From the NCBI GenBank assembly GCA_030770535.1, contig JASVEC010000013.1:868001-932000 (forward strand): DNA of 64,000 bases. The letters run 5' to 3'. The notes below the pieces were generated by a model, which was given only the letters and a program-made list of their open reading frames with translations, was not told where the DNA came from and ran no database searches. This document shows, in pieces, positions 16,632-29,790 of the stretch. The stretch is from Batkoa obscura (Eukaryota). Every line of letters starts with the position of its first letter. The first letter of the stretch is position 1. The translations under genes were made by a program, and so were the position numbers.

Positions 16632-18623
16632 TCAATCAAGTTTATTGTTGTTAGTAATATCACCATTTAACCTTAATTTTAGTTTATCATAGTTCAATAA
16701 AACAAAATCAATAGTCGGAGATTTTAATGCTTTTAATTTACTAATAAACAATTCAATTTCCGTCTCACTTAAAGTAGTATCTAAACTATAACAGTTTTTA
16801 TCATCACTGAACATCGAATCATGACCATAATAACCGAGGGTATCCTTGATAATCCATAGCATAAAATTGACCTCTTTTAATCTTTTACTTAATTTGATCA
16901 CTTTGATAGCTGGATAAAGTAACCTTGGGTAATTTTTTAATCGCATATTATGGTAAGTTAACAATGCTTTTTTAGGTTCACTTGAGAAACAATAGCCATT
17001 AATTATTGTTGAATATAACATTGTATTGAATTCTACTTTGTCTTCTTCTAGTTTGGCTAATAAAGCATTAACATTGTTAATATCTCCTATTTGGAATGCT
17101 TTTTTCAATATTATATTATATATCGAAAGTGGGATTGAGCCAAGCTCTCTTTCTGCTAATGGTAATAGTTGCAAATTTAGGTCATTCATGTTATATTTGC
17201 TCAAAGTTTGTGCTAGAGCGTTAAAAACACTCAATGTTGGAGTAAATATAGGCTTTATTCTATGCTCGAAAAAAGAATCCAAAGAAAGATTGTCATTCAT
17301 TTCCATTTTTTGAGGATTATTATGATCTTGCTCTGGCGTAATTAAATAAGTCTTAATTAAAACATCTATATCAATTATCATACAACTTTTTGGTAAATCG
17401 AAATTATCAGCTAGATATCTTTTTAAAGTATTAATCTTTTGTAAATCTATTTCTTTTTGAATAAAATGGGTCGTAAATAATCGATTCCATATTGATTCCA
17501 TATCTTTGTTAGTTGCTTTTCCATTCCTTTTTAATACTTTTAAATAATTTAATGCTTGACTATACTCTCGGTTTATGATCATGCCTTCTACAATACATTT
17601 AATGATTCGCTTACTTGATTTGAAGTGTGGATATTTGACTTTCCATTGCTTGTATAACTGATTTACAATAAGTGGCAGATTGCTTGAAAATAAACCTCGT
17701 AGCAAAGTAATACAAAAATCTTCGGTAGGCTTTATCCCATTGCCTATCATTGTCTCATATACTTTCAATGCTAACTTCATTTTTCTCATGGTACATAAGT
17801 CTACTATAATTTGATGATAATTTGAGGATGAAAAGGGGTATTTATCCTTATATTGACTTACGTTATTAAAAATTGACATTGCTTGCTTATCATTATTTTG
17901 GTTCAAGTTTATTCGAATATAAAGGAAATAAGTGACTTTATTTGGCTCTAACTCATGAGTTATAATGTCTTGCTTTAATTCATTGATTTCATTCCACCTA
18001 CTTCGCTCAAAGTATGATTTTAATACAATATTATAAGTAGATATACCCAGCTTCACTCTATTTTGCTTTATTTTTGTATATAAATCTACAAGTCTCGAAT
18101 ACGTTTTCATTCTCAAAAGTGCTGTCAGAGCAATGTTAAAAAAATCTATACCAAAAAACCTGTATTGTTTATCTTCTTTGGTTTGAATAAAAGCTTCAAA
18201 GCATTCACTAGAAGCTCTGTAATCTCCCAGCCTATTATATTCTTCCATCTTTTTTTGTGTTTGTTGAGCTAAATTATTTGACCCCGACTGTCTATGTTCA
18301 TCTTTTGATATTATAACTTTTACATTCGCGTTTTCACTGTTCTTCATAAAGCTACTGTCTTTAACATGTTCAGGTTCTTTATTACAACAAAGATCTAATT
18401 GATTATTTCTTTCTGATACTGTGTTCAAATAACGTTGTACTATAAAAATAGGACCATTTAGATTTGAATTAATTAATGTAGTTTCTACCCTGGTATTCAA
18501 CTTGGTTAAAAAACTGGCAACTGATTTTTGGTTAGTAATTCTAATAATAGAGCCTGATGTTATTTTAATGTTGGTATAGGCATTGGCAGTAAATATACTT
18601 AAGTTATATGAAGAGTAAATCAT
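16632..18623 (-). CDS. Pentatricopeptide-repeat protein
   Basis: 663-aa ORF with PPR-like motifs (ISTYNIVLKSYF, EPNKVTY, MIGNGIKP, NTMLYSTIINGYC). Confidence 0.85.
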   Translation of the reverse strand: MIYSSYNLSIFTANAYTNIKITSGSIIRITNQKSVASFLTKLNTRVETTLINSNLNGPIFIVQRYLNTVSERNNQLDLCCNKEPEHVKDSSFMKNSENANVKVIISKDEHRQSGSNNLAQQTQKKMEEYNRLGDYRASSECFEAFIQTKEDKQYRFFGIDFFNIALTALLRMKTYSRLVDLYTKIKQNRVKLGISTYNIVLKSYFERSRWNEINELKQDIITHELEPNKVTYFLYIRINLNQNNDKQAMSIFNNVSQYKDKYPFSSSNYHQIIVDLCTMRKMKLALKVYETMIGNGIKPTEDFCITLLRGLFSSNLPLIVNQLYKQWKVKYPHFKSSKRIIKCIVEGMIINREYSQALNYLKVLKRNGKATNKDMESIWNRLFTTHFIQKEIDLQKINTLKRYLADNFDLPKSCMIIDIDVLIKTYLITPEQDHNNPQKMEMNDNLSLDSFFEHRIKPIFTPTLSVFNALAQTLSKYNMNDLNLQLLPLAERELGSIPLSIYNIILKKAFQIGDINNVNALLAKLEEDKVEFNTMLYSTIINGYCFSSEPKKALLTYHNMRLKNYPRLLYPAIKVIKLSKRLKEVNFMLWIIKDTLGYYGHDSMFSDDKNCYSLDTTLSETEIELFISKLKALKSPTIDFVLLNYDKLKLRLNGDITNNNKLD

Positions 18624-18973
18624 AGCATTAATTGTTGGCTTGAATCTATTTGAACATTAAAATAGGCTAAAAAATAGCTTACTTTTAGAAAACCAGACTT
18701 TAATTTTTCTAAGACTCATTTGCTAGTGATCCCATAACTCAATAATGAGTTATTAGTTAAATTTTTATTTACTATAGTTTATAATAACAGTAATAAAAAA
18801 GTAAAGATATATAATAAATAAATAAATTCATTTATTGAATTAAAAATATAGCTTGAACTTTAGATGAATTAGCATTGCTTGTCAAAAATGTTTTGATAAA
18901 TGATCTAAATCAAAAAGAACGGGCTTTTTAACTAAAACTTGATTTTTAAAAATACGTCCTCATTCTTAACAAA

Positions 18974-19397
18974 ATGGACAGTGAAATTGATAAAATGATA
19001 GAAGAATGGTAACTTCACCTTTAATAACATTCTACAAATTTTAAAGTTTAGTTTAGCAGATGAATCTGTCAATGGAATTTTAATTACAGATGATAATGGG
19101 CTTTGCTTATTAGGTAGTTAATTACAGTGTATCTATGTAAATCTTGAAATTAATTTTTAGCAAGAGGAGCAGCCAGTTCATCCGCTTCAGGATATTTAGC
19201 GAGTATTGGTCGTAGAGTCAAAGAAATTGGAGAGTTTCATAATAAGGAAAATGAGAACCCAAGTATTTGTTTACAGTTGAAAAATAGGTAACTTATTTTC
19301 TTGACTAAAAAGTAAACTTAATTTTAATTAAAATTATAGTAAAGTCTTTATTAAAAATCATAGGAGTTACACGATAGCGATGTATTATAATGCTTGA
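18974..19397 (+). CDS. LAMTOR5: Ragulator subunit LAMTOR5/HBXIP homolog, 4 exons (absent from the ORF track)
   Basis: Spliced product MDSEIDKMIEECLADESVNGILITDDNGLCLLARGAASSSASGYLASI...NPSICLQLKNSKVFIKNHRSYTIAMYYNA matches the roadblock pattern of animal LAMTOR5 (VGVLCTDSQGLNLGCRG...PVVCLE...IMIQKH..ITVAV). Confidence 0.85.
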
Positions 19398-19615
19398 TTA
19401 AATAGGGGATTATTAAAGTATTTTATTATGCTCATTAAAGGGCCCGATGATTACTATTTATTAATTATTTGTTTTGTTTTATCATTGGTAGTTATAATAT
19501 ATAAAATTAAACGTTATTTATTATAGTTCAGATAAGTATATATTCGAATAAAATTATAATGTATTATCTGAAAGCGATATTTAAGAACTCTTGATTATTT
19601 CATATAAGTAAAAAC

Positions 19616-20111
19616 TTAAATAATAGGAACGTAAATCTTAAGGAGATTAGGAACAACAAACTTAGCATGAATAGAATGAATATCCGTTGGTAACTCGCCG
19701 AAATGATGAGGTAAAGTGATGGTTAATTCAAACTGTCTATTTTCCTGTTGATAAAACTTCGGGACCAAAGAATGTTGGTCTAAATCAGGTAGCCCAAGTT
19801 CAATCTCACTCACCTTTGAAAGACAGTTTCCAGCTATCTTTATAAATGGTTGATAATATTTTAAAGTTGTTATGTCTAGCTTAATTCCCTAAGTACTCTT
19901 TTAGTTTTTAGTTTATTAAATAAAGCTTTAAAATTACTTTTTTGGTCTTTATTTCTATTAATAATAAACCTTCTTCCTTATTGACATATAATCGAGAACT
20001 TGGTATAAGGTGATTTGGTAAGTCATTGTTAGACTTTATTTCGGTCTGAATTTTTTCTACTTGCTGGTTTATTAGGCTGTTTAGTCTTAATTCTAAGTCC
20101 ATGTAATTCAT
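19616..20111 (-). CDS. Divergent HSP20/alpha-crystallin-domain-like protein, 2 exons
   Basis: Joining the two ORFs through a GT-AG intron gives LLLIEIKTKKGIKLDITTLKYYQPFIKIAG...QFELTITLP...IHAKFVVPNLLKIYVP, an HSP20-like strand pattern. Confidence 0.55.
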
Positions 20112-20333
20112 TTTATACTTTAAGAAATTAAAGATGGTTTTAATCAAGTACCATGATTCTAAATTATTAAAAATCAGGGATAAATATTACACCATTTTAG
20201 ACCTTATAAAAAGGATAAAAGATGGCTCATAATAAATAGATACAATAATAAAATAAAATAAAAGTAATAAAAACAATATCATTTAATAATAACAATATAA
20301 GTAAATGAATCCATAGCCATAATATACATCAAA

Positions 20334-21424
20334 CTAGTTACGCAAGTAGTTTTCAGGTTTTAAATTGAAAAGTTTCAATGCATTCCCTGATAACATTTTT
20401 TCTTTATCTTCATCACTAAATTCAGAAGCATCTTCAATGAGTTTACCAGGATGATGTTCACCAAGCGGGAATGGATAATCAGACCCTAATAAAATATTAT
20501 CTACACCTACTTTACCAACCATAAACTTTAAGGCATCTAAATCATGAACTAAAGAATCAACAAAGATTTGTTTTAAATAACTAGAAGGTGGTTTCTTAAT
20601 GTGTGTGGCACACAAATCTGGTCTTACATTGAACCCATGATCAATTCTACCTAAAGTAGCCAAAAACGATCCGCCTCCATGGGCAAAACAAACCTTAAGT
20701 TTGGGATAGCGATCAAAAATACCTCCAAAGATTAAGGAGCAGACGGCAACTGTAGTTTCGCAAGGCATACCAATAAGCCAAGGAAACCAGTATTTTTCCA
20801 TTCGCCCCTTTGTTTCCATATCCCAAGGATGAACAAAAATAACACAATTGAGCTCTTCTGCTGCTTTAAAAAAGGGATCTAATTCTGGTGCGTCTAAATT
20901 CCATTCATTGATATGAGAACCTATCTGTACCCCAGGTAATCCTAGCTCGTTAACACAACGTTTCATCTCTTGAATGGCAAGATCCGGAGCTTGCATAGGT
21001 AAAGTACCTAAGCCAATAAATCTAGAAGGATCCTCGGCTACTGTTTGAGCTACATGATCATTTAAATATTTAGCAAGATCTAAAGTGTGTTGAGGTTTTG
21101 CCCAGTAATTGAACATAACTGGGACAGTAGAAATAACTTGAACGTCTACCCCAGTATCATTACACTCCTTTATACGTTGAGATGAAGACCAACAGTTACA
21201 TTCGATGGTTCTGAAGTTTTTTCCATCCTTCATCATGTTTGCTTTACCCTAAATCAGATTACTATATTATTATTTAATAGTTGTAAACTACTTACAGGTT
21301 CAAAGTGGTCTAAAGAAACCCAAGAACCATAACCATATTTACGAGATAAGTCTGGTAATTGTTTTGGTAATATATGAGTATGAATATCGATTTTTAAAAA
21401 TTTGTTGTTATTTGCAGTTGACAT
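20334..21424 (-). CDS. ACMSD: 2-amino-3-carboxymuconate-6-semialdehyde decarboxylase, 2 exons
   Basis: KIDIHTHILP, STVPVMFNYWAKP, GLGTLPMQAP, FVHPWDM, CFAHGGG, LGSDYPFPLGE; colinear with animal ACMSD. Confidence 0.95.
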
Positions 21425-22246
21425 CCTAAAAGTCACAAAATCAATTAAGATTGTTATTTATACCTATTACTCCTTAAATTTATACACTAATTTATTTTAC
21501 TATTATTATGTGAATGAATTATGCTGTTTGATTGGCTAAATTTTATAATTCACTCATTTTTTATGCTCATTGTGACTTATTTAGCAACCTAGCATATACA
21601 ATTATTTCAAATAACAAATAAAGAATTAACCTAGTTATATTAGAAAGTGATTTTGTCAAATAATAGTTATTATTAGCTTTAAAAATAGAATAAAAGATAA
21701 ATATATTAAGTATATTGTTATCTACATGATTGTTTTTAAATGTATTAAAGCCAAGTTCTATGTAAAAAATGTACAATAATATAGTTTAAATATAGCTATA
21801 CACGATATTGTAGTATAATAATCCTACTTATAAGATACTTGAAATATTGGTTATTTAACATATAGCTTGAAGCTTAGCAGTTGATAAAAGGCTTAATAAT
21901 TCAGTAAATAAGTTAAAGCAGTGCTAATCATTATTGTATTGCCTTATGAAAAATATTAAATTCAATTATAAATAATATAATCTAGATGCAATATATATTC
22001 ATATTTAATCTAGTAAAAAAGACTTCAGTTGAATACAAAGGTTCTACGATAATAATACTAGTTAAATTCAGTCTTAAAAATAGCTAAATAAAAAAATTAC
22101 CGAAACTATTTTATGAGTAGTTTAAACAATGTTATTATGAATAAAAGAAAAGGGGAAAATGGATTAAAATTTACGCGCTTTCATGGATGTTAAATCGAAT
22201 AGGGTCCTTTATGGAATGCTAATTCCCATGGTTTAATTCTCTCAAA

Positions 22247-22977
22247 TTATAAAAGAGTACAGCCTCCCTTTTTACTTCCTCGAGTAACTGGTGGTTCTAA
22301 AGCTGCTACGATAGCTTCATCAAATACATTCTTAAGTCCAGATTGAGTAAGTGCTGAACATTCTACATATTTCACTGCTTTAAGCTCACGAGCTAAACGT
22401 TCACCTTGATCTGTGGAAATTGGCTTTTGACGTTGGCGTGCAAGCTTTTCAATGACTGCTGGGTCATCACGAAGATCCATTTGAGTACCAACAATTAAAC
22501 ATGGAACTCCTGGACAATGATGATGTACTTCTGGGAACCATTTTTCTTTAACGTTTTCAAATGAAGCTGGGGATGTTACTGAAAAGCAAACCAAAAATAC
22601 ATCAGTTTGAGGGTATGAAAGAGGTCTTAAACGATCGTAATCTTCCTGACCTAAAATAATAAATAAATGAAATTTTACTAATATGATAATTATTTACCTG
22701 CTGTATCAAAAAGACCAAGAGTATAAGGTTCTTCACCTATCATAACAGTAACGGCATAATTGTCGAATACCTAATAAAGCTTGAACATAAATTTATAAAT
22801 ATCTAGAATCACTTACGGTTGGAACATACTCCGAGGGGAATTTGTTGGTAGTGTATGAAATAAGAAGACAAGTCTAAATTAAATTAAATTAAATTTAAGC
22901 TGACATGATTTTTAAAATAATTAAAATACCTTTCCGACGGCACCATCACCTACTACTACACATTTAATTGTCTGCAT
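22247..22977 (-). CDS. CDC42: Rho GTPase Cdc42, 4 coding exons
   Basis: [68 protein letters not shown]. Confidence 0.98.
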
Positions 22978-24421
22978 TTTTATGAATTATGTAAATATTA
23001 ATGATATTTCTATGAGCGAGATAATGAGTTTGAGATTTAATAAGTTGATGTTAAAGGAAAAATACTCTAAATTAAGAATAAGAACAGAGAAAATAAAAGA
23101 GAGTACCTACAGAGAGTATAGTCTTATTAAATATAGGAAGCTTAATGTACTTTAGATAGACACTAGTTTATAGTTTTAAAGGAAGTTGAGATAGAGTTAT
23201 AGAAATTCAATTCAAAGCCACAATCCTCAAATTCTTAGTTAAAAAGAAATTAATATTTAAAGTGGGTTATGAACAATTGGTATTAATTTGATTTACCCGT
23301 TAACTTGGCTGTTTAGTTGGTTTATTTTTTTAAGCCCATAGTTTCCCCCTCAAGATCAAAATAGGAATTTAAACCAATCATCTGTGAAGAAGATGATATA
23401 ACGACTCTTTATTGGCTTTGAGCATATATTTGAGTGGAGCTGTTCAAGCAATTAATGAGATAGATAGAACGATTTTACTGGCTCGGTAATTTATTATCGA
23501 AAAATACTCTGCTTCTTTTTGGGTTTAAATAATTATAAATGTATATTATTAGGTCACATTTAATATCAATAGCTAATCAAAGGTATGAATTACCTACTTA
23601 TTGCATCACTGTTCTGTGTTCACACTTTTGATTGGCTTAATATTATCCTACCAGTAAAAACAAGCTTCAAACTTTTCTCAATACTGTTCCGATTTTAAAA
23701 TTGGATTTGTGACTTATTATTATAATTATTGAGGTTATTATAAGATATTATAAAGAGATGCAACTATACTTTTTAACTATTTGATTATTAATAAAAGTGG
23801 TTTATTAACAATCTCTAATAAAAAAAGCATCTGCCTTAAAAACAAATTATCTTAAATGAATTTTTTAATATGACTTTATTTACAATATTATCATATAAAA
23901 TTATAAGCAAAATACTTGTATTAAATTAAATATTTTTACACAATATAGTTAAAAGGTCTAATTTATTTAGTTATAAAAGGCTTTGATGTACTTATCTTAT
24001 TTAAAATAAATATCAAAATTAGTAATATCTTTAAGACAAAATTAACCTCCAAGTTCTGGAATTCTTAATTGTGTATTCTTTAAATATTTTAATTTTAATC
24101 ATTGGAATGTCATACTTATTTAATATTAGCTCAAAAAATAAGTGTTTATTTTATAAACAAGAATAAAAAGAAATGAATTTATTTGTAAAAATAATGATTG
24201 TTAGCATAACATTTAACAGTAATTTTTTTATACTATTTTATTTATTAAAAATCTAGAATGGTTGAAAACTTAATTTAAGTTTAATTAAATTTCGGTTATC
24301 AAATTCAACTTCATTTAAACTTTAGACAAAAATTTAACGTTACAAATGGGATATACAATCAACTAAAATTAGTGAATGGTATTTAAAAAATAGATTTAAC
24401 AAAACTTCACTTTTCAAAAGA

Positions 24422-25354
24422 ATGGATGAAAAATATTTTGAACATGAAGGCTTAGCGGTAGAAAAAGCTATGATCCTTCGGAGCGTAGCTCAAGAACTAG
24501 AAGCTTTAGATGCAGAGTACAATATAACTAATGAAGAAACCTATAGTAGAGCTGATAATGAACCTTATTTTATATATTTTAAAAGAAAAGTTGGGATTAT
24601 AATTTTTGAAAAACCTTTCTTGTATATAGTCACTATTTTAGCTTTTGTAAACTTGTTTTTATCCATATCCGATTTATTTATAGGTATTGTTCTTTATTTT
24701 CATTTTATTTTATAAAGCTAATACTTTTTTTAAGTACCAAACAACCCGCTTAGTGTTTCATTATTAAAAGCTTCCTTATACACAAATATCGTCATTTTTA
24801 TCTTATTCCTATGTGAAGCCATACTTCGAGGTTATTACCTTGGCTTTAAGAGTTACTTTAGTTCTTTATTTAATGTTCTAGATGTTTTCCTTATCTCCAT
24901 ATGTTTACTATTCGATATCATCCATTTGTTTGACTCTAGTGTACATGTAAGAATATCTATTTATATACTAATTAATTTTAGAGTCATTTATGTCATAAGA
25001 ACTCTAATTAAGCTTCAGTTCCAAGAAGTAGATAAGGTAATTATATGTATATATACTTATGCATGTATTAACTTCTTTCAGGAAAGTTTAAGGTATACAC
25101 AGTTGGAAGAGTATTATTCAAAGCTTGTTGATACTCTAAATCAATTTAAAGATATAGACGATGCGTTACATAAAGATCTTGCCTTAATTAATGCATTGAT
25201 AGATGCTGCTTCTAAAGGAAAACAAATGGATGAAGATGCCTTTATGTCAAGGTCTAAAAAGTCTTGGGATTTTCTAGTGCCTCCTACAACTCCATTAAGA
25301 ATTCGTAGATTTTCATTTTCTATTTTAAGTAAAAGAAAAACTAGCTTGCTTTGA
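24422..25354 (+). CDS. Voltage-sensor-domain-only membrane protein (Hv1/TMEM266-like architecture)
   Basis: Four hydrophobic helices with S2 FLCEAILR, S2-S3 YFSSLFNVLDVF and S4-like FRVIYVIR, then a coiled-coil-like tail; no pore domain; introns ~24683-24734 and ~25037-25081. Confidence 0.65.
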
Positions 25355-25471
25355 GTTAATTTTTATATAACCAATACAAATAAATGATCTTGATTATGTG
25401 ATTATTATAAATTAATAGTCATAGTTTGTATAGCGTCTCATTTATTAATTTATTTTTCAAAAGTTATCTAT

Positions 25472-26633
25472 TTATAACTCTTCCCTTTCTTTTATATAAA
25501 TCTGTTCCATATCGCTTATTAACTCAGTATTATCAAGCACCTTAATATTCGATAATAATAGAGAAGTATTGTCCTCATCCAAACCTCCAAAAACATAGCC
25601 GTTCGCTTTATCAATGGCTTTCATCAATGAAATCATGGATTTTTTATCCTTAAATAAATGAGTCAATAATATAATATATAGTGAAAAAACCTACTTCGAC
25701 CATTAAAGGATGAAAGTGAACCAATCCGAATTCCTCAACTAAAGAGGAAAGTGCTTCTGTTAGCTTGTGGTATTTCGTTCCCATCTGCTCTTCGTTAAGC
25801 TGTTCTAAAAGATAGCTTAAATCCATAACTTCTGTATAAAATTCTAATCTAAAGGCTATTATTTTTAACTTGTTTTGATTTGGTATTTAGTTTTGATTAA
25901 TATTACCTAATTTCCCGTAACTTTGGATTAGATCTAACTTTGAAAGTACATTGACATGAGGCAACTCTAACAGCAACATTGTCTTCAATGACACTAATAA
26001 AACTGATATATATTTCACTGGATCAGTGCAATAATGAGCATCTACTAGATGTACAGCAGTTAACTAAAAATTATAAATAGGATCCTAAAATATTGAAGTT
26101 TTAAATTACTCTAAAGTCCAGTTTTTGTAATTTGTCTAATATGTTCTTTACCGAATAATTATGAGTATACAGCTCAACTTGTCCAGGAAAATCAAATATG
26201 AAATAAGAATCTAAATAAGATTAACATTGTTTAGATTTTCATTTGTTTTTTTACCTTTGAATTTCATAAGTTTATTTATCAACCACTCTATATTTTTCTC
26301 CAAATACTCCATACAATAAACCATACCCCCATTAGGCCCCAATTGAAATTCATCCATAACATCTTGTACTGTAATTAAGTCATTGATATCAATAGTGGGT
26401 GTATAAGGAATATTTTCATTAGCTGGATCTAAATTGATAATAATCGTTTTTCTAAGAATAAAAATTAAATAAAACTGATAATAAGTAGCAACTACCTTTT
26501 TAAACCCGAGAAAAATTGTTCTGCCCCATGACAATAACTCGTTTTTCCTGATCCTGGTGGTCCTATTACTACCTTACTTATTTTAATCCATGCTTTATCC
26601 TTATTCTTTATGTTTTACTTGTCCAAATGGCAT
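25472..26633 (-). CDS. GPN2: GPN-loop GTPase 2, multi-exon
   Basis: [66 protein letters not shown]. Confidence 0.93.
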
Positions 26634-27126
26634 TGTTAGAATAAAAAGTAGTTTTCCAATTTTTTCTTGCTATGGCTTAAATTTGTTTTAAATGTCACTA
26701 GAAAAATGATTATAATTCAAATTATTATTGAACTTAATTCGAATAAAAGATATTGGATGGAACATGATATGGAAATATTAATAATCAACTAAGATAATAT
26801 AAAAATAGTCATTAAATTTTATTCTGATATAAAGCTAGTATTAGCTGTTAATACTTTTTGGGTATTTGCTAGCCTCGTATAGCTAACTTCTTTTAGTGAT
26901 AATAATTCAACTACAAGTCATAAATAGTTTAATTCATTATTTACTAAAATATAGGTAAAATTTAAAGCTTATAAGCTTTCATCGTTTTTATCAACTTTAA
27001 TCAAAATAATAAGTTTACATCAATATTATAAATTGATTTCGAATAAGTTCTTATTTATAGATAAGGTTAAGCTATTTAAACCAAAGAATAGTTTTATAAA
27101 TAAATTCCTTTTGTTTAGTTAAAATA

Positions 27127-27891
27127 ATGATCGTAGATATTTATAAGTAAAATTATCATTTTAATATAAAAATTAACTAATTATTTAATAGAATCATATA
27201 CTGTTTTTTAATCCCAAGTTTTAAAACTTATAAAGCTATTAAAAACGAGAAAGAGTTAGCATCAATCTCAAAATTCTGGTTTTGTTTAATCACCTATTTA
27301 ACACTTGAACAATTCACTGATATTTTTTTTAGTTGGTAATACGATCTTGTTATTTTATATTTATTATTGACCTTAGTATTTAGGATATTTTATTATTATG
27401 AGATAAAGTACATTTTATTATTTTACATCACTTACCCAAAGTTAAACGGTCACTTAAACATTTACGATAACGTATTTCATCCATTTCTAGTTGAAAACGA
27501 ACAAGTTATTTTAGATTTAACTAATGAGATTTATAATTTATCTAATAATATTGTAACTGGATTTGTCAATAGAGTTAAAAAGAGACTTGGTATGTCTATC
27601 TCCAAAGTAAATGAGGCTGCTCACCACATTCTTAATAGGAAAAATCAAACTGGGATGACTTCAGACACTATGCAAATGATTAATAATAAAGACGATAAGC
27701 AAATTAAAGTTGATATTTTAGATAATGTAGATTTAAAGCCCGAAGTAGAATTGGATAACAGCGGAAATGTTGATATTAAAAAAGAGAGTTTAAATGAAGT
27801 TGATAGTAAAAGTAATGAGGACATTGAAAACTCTGCCAATACAAAAACTCCTGAAGAAGCAGTTACCGAGATAGAAGTAAAGTCTAGTTAA
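27127..27891 (+). CDS. TB2/DP1/HVA22 (REEP-family) ER-shaping protein, 3 exons
   Basis: PSFKTYKAI...KFW...EQFTDIFFSW/IFYYYEIK..LLFYITYP..NG...IY...FHPFL..NE. Confidence 0.8.
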
Positions 27892-29505
27892 GAGTAATTA
27901 TAGAGTAGCTAAATAAAGATTATGATAAGAGTAAATTCAAATATTTTTATCTATTTTTAGGATTTTCAGAATTCATTTGTTTTTATTTCAACTCTTTGAA
28001 ATTTGTTAAATTTAAATGTACACCTAATATTTTAAATATTATAATATTAATATTTAACAATATAAAGGGTTAAGTTATTTTTTCTATAGTTTTTAGAACA
28101 GGGTAAGTTTGGAATTAATAAAAATTAACACAAATAAAATATTATATCATAATAGTTATATAAAATACAAAAAGCCAATTATATAAATTTATCACTGTTA
28201 AGTAATCGTTTATGGTTAAATGCTACTAGTTATTTTAATGTTTAATAAGTTAAAAATTAAGGATTTTATTCATGCTGTTGTGAAAACAAGCAAGATCTCC
28301 TGCTCAGTTAATTAAATAACTGGGTAACAGCCAGTATTTTCGATGCTTTACAATTATAATAGTAAAGAAATTGTATACTTTCGATGATGAGTTATTAAGT
28401 TAATTTAATAAACTAAATAAACGTCAAGGTAATAACAGCTATCATTATACTAATTTTATTCATCAGCTAAAAAGTAAAAATGTAGCTGCAATTACTTTAC
28501 TATCTAGTAACGAGAATAGGTAAAACTTATATTGGGTAATAAACAAATGGGGTGATTTATTTTATTGACCAGATATAAAGATTGGTTTATAACGAAAAGA
28601 ATCAGTCCAAAAGGATATGAAAAATTCTAAATAAACAACGAAATTAAATTGAAGTGATTTGTGAAATCAAAGCTGTTCCTCCACTATTACAAGATACAGA
28701 TGATTAAATGAAATAATTTCAAGAGCTTAGTTTGCTATTTTTATTGTTATAAAGTTTTATCTAGATATAATATCTCTTTTGTATTCTTATTTTTTTTATT
28801 TTATAAACTTTACTCATTCCGTCAAGTTAAATGTCAATTATGAATTACCACTTCGACTAGAGTCAAGTAGCAATCCTTATTAAAATAAAGCAACTTGATT
28901 ATTGTTAAAAAAACATAGATATCTATAAAAGCCCATTGGTAATCATTTTATTTTATTAGAAAAATTACTATCGTTAATGATCTGATACTCCATTTCAAAT
29001 AAAAACCAATGTTTAAAGCGTTTTGCTCAACCTTTTAGTTACTCATATGTCAACTATTGATAACGAAAACTTTATAGCTAATATTCTCTACAAATCCAGT
29101 TTAACTGTCTGTAATTTTATTACATTTATAAAAAGAGAAAACTTTAAAATTTGACATTGCTGCATTTCAAGATGCATTTGACGATGATGAAGCTGATAAT
29201 AATATCATAAAGTGAATTAAAGTAAAATCATGCTTTATGTTAATTTATTTCAATTTCAATTTATTATCTAATTGAACCATTTAGAAAGTTGACAATTGAT
29301 ACCTAGTATTAACATTTAAATTAGTAGCAGAACTTTAAAAGAGATTACAACTACCATTATACATTAGTCTTCTCTTATTCTAGCTATTCGAGGTTATTTT
29401 AATAAATAAAGTTAACTTGATTAAAATATATATTATAAAACATATTTAGGATTATTAATAAATAGAATAATAATAATTGAAAACAGTTTAATCGTTTAAA
29501 ATTTT

Positions 29506-29790
29506 ATTATAAATCAATACATACATCAATGGTCCTAACATAAAAAAGGAGGTATGATTGATTGCACTATTCATAAGGCCAAATCCAAATGAAAGTGTGA
29601 CCATACTCCAAATTCTGCGAGATATCCATCAGCTATATAGGCGGTAGTATGTTTGCATGGCCTATATTTAATTCGCTAATTTGTTGGAGATCAGCTACAA
29701 GCATGTCAGCTTCAAAGTTATCAGTTATGCGGTGGCCATCAGGAGCAATAATAAAAAGAAGGTTATTATACTGAACTGAATTTAAAAAAT
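29506..29790 (-). pseudogene. Possible decayed small secreted-protein gene
   Basis: GC-elevated island; one frame gives signal-peptide-like QFSIITFFLLLLLMATA and an adjacent frame runs with only scattered TAG stops; family not recognised. Confidence 0.25.

Noticed and set aside
18624..18719. Upstream ATG exon for the second PPR gene
   Set aside because: The GTAAGC donor does not join the ORF frame with either nearby acceptor
28260..28710. Plus-strand frame with sparse stops (possible pseudogene)
   Set aside because: No recognisable family or boundaries; could be chance
29506..29790. GPCR-like reading (MLVADL...WIWPYE*C)
   Set aside because: No true transmembrane spacing; kept only as a low-confidence pseudogene
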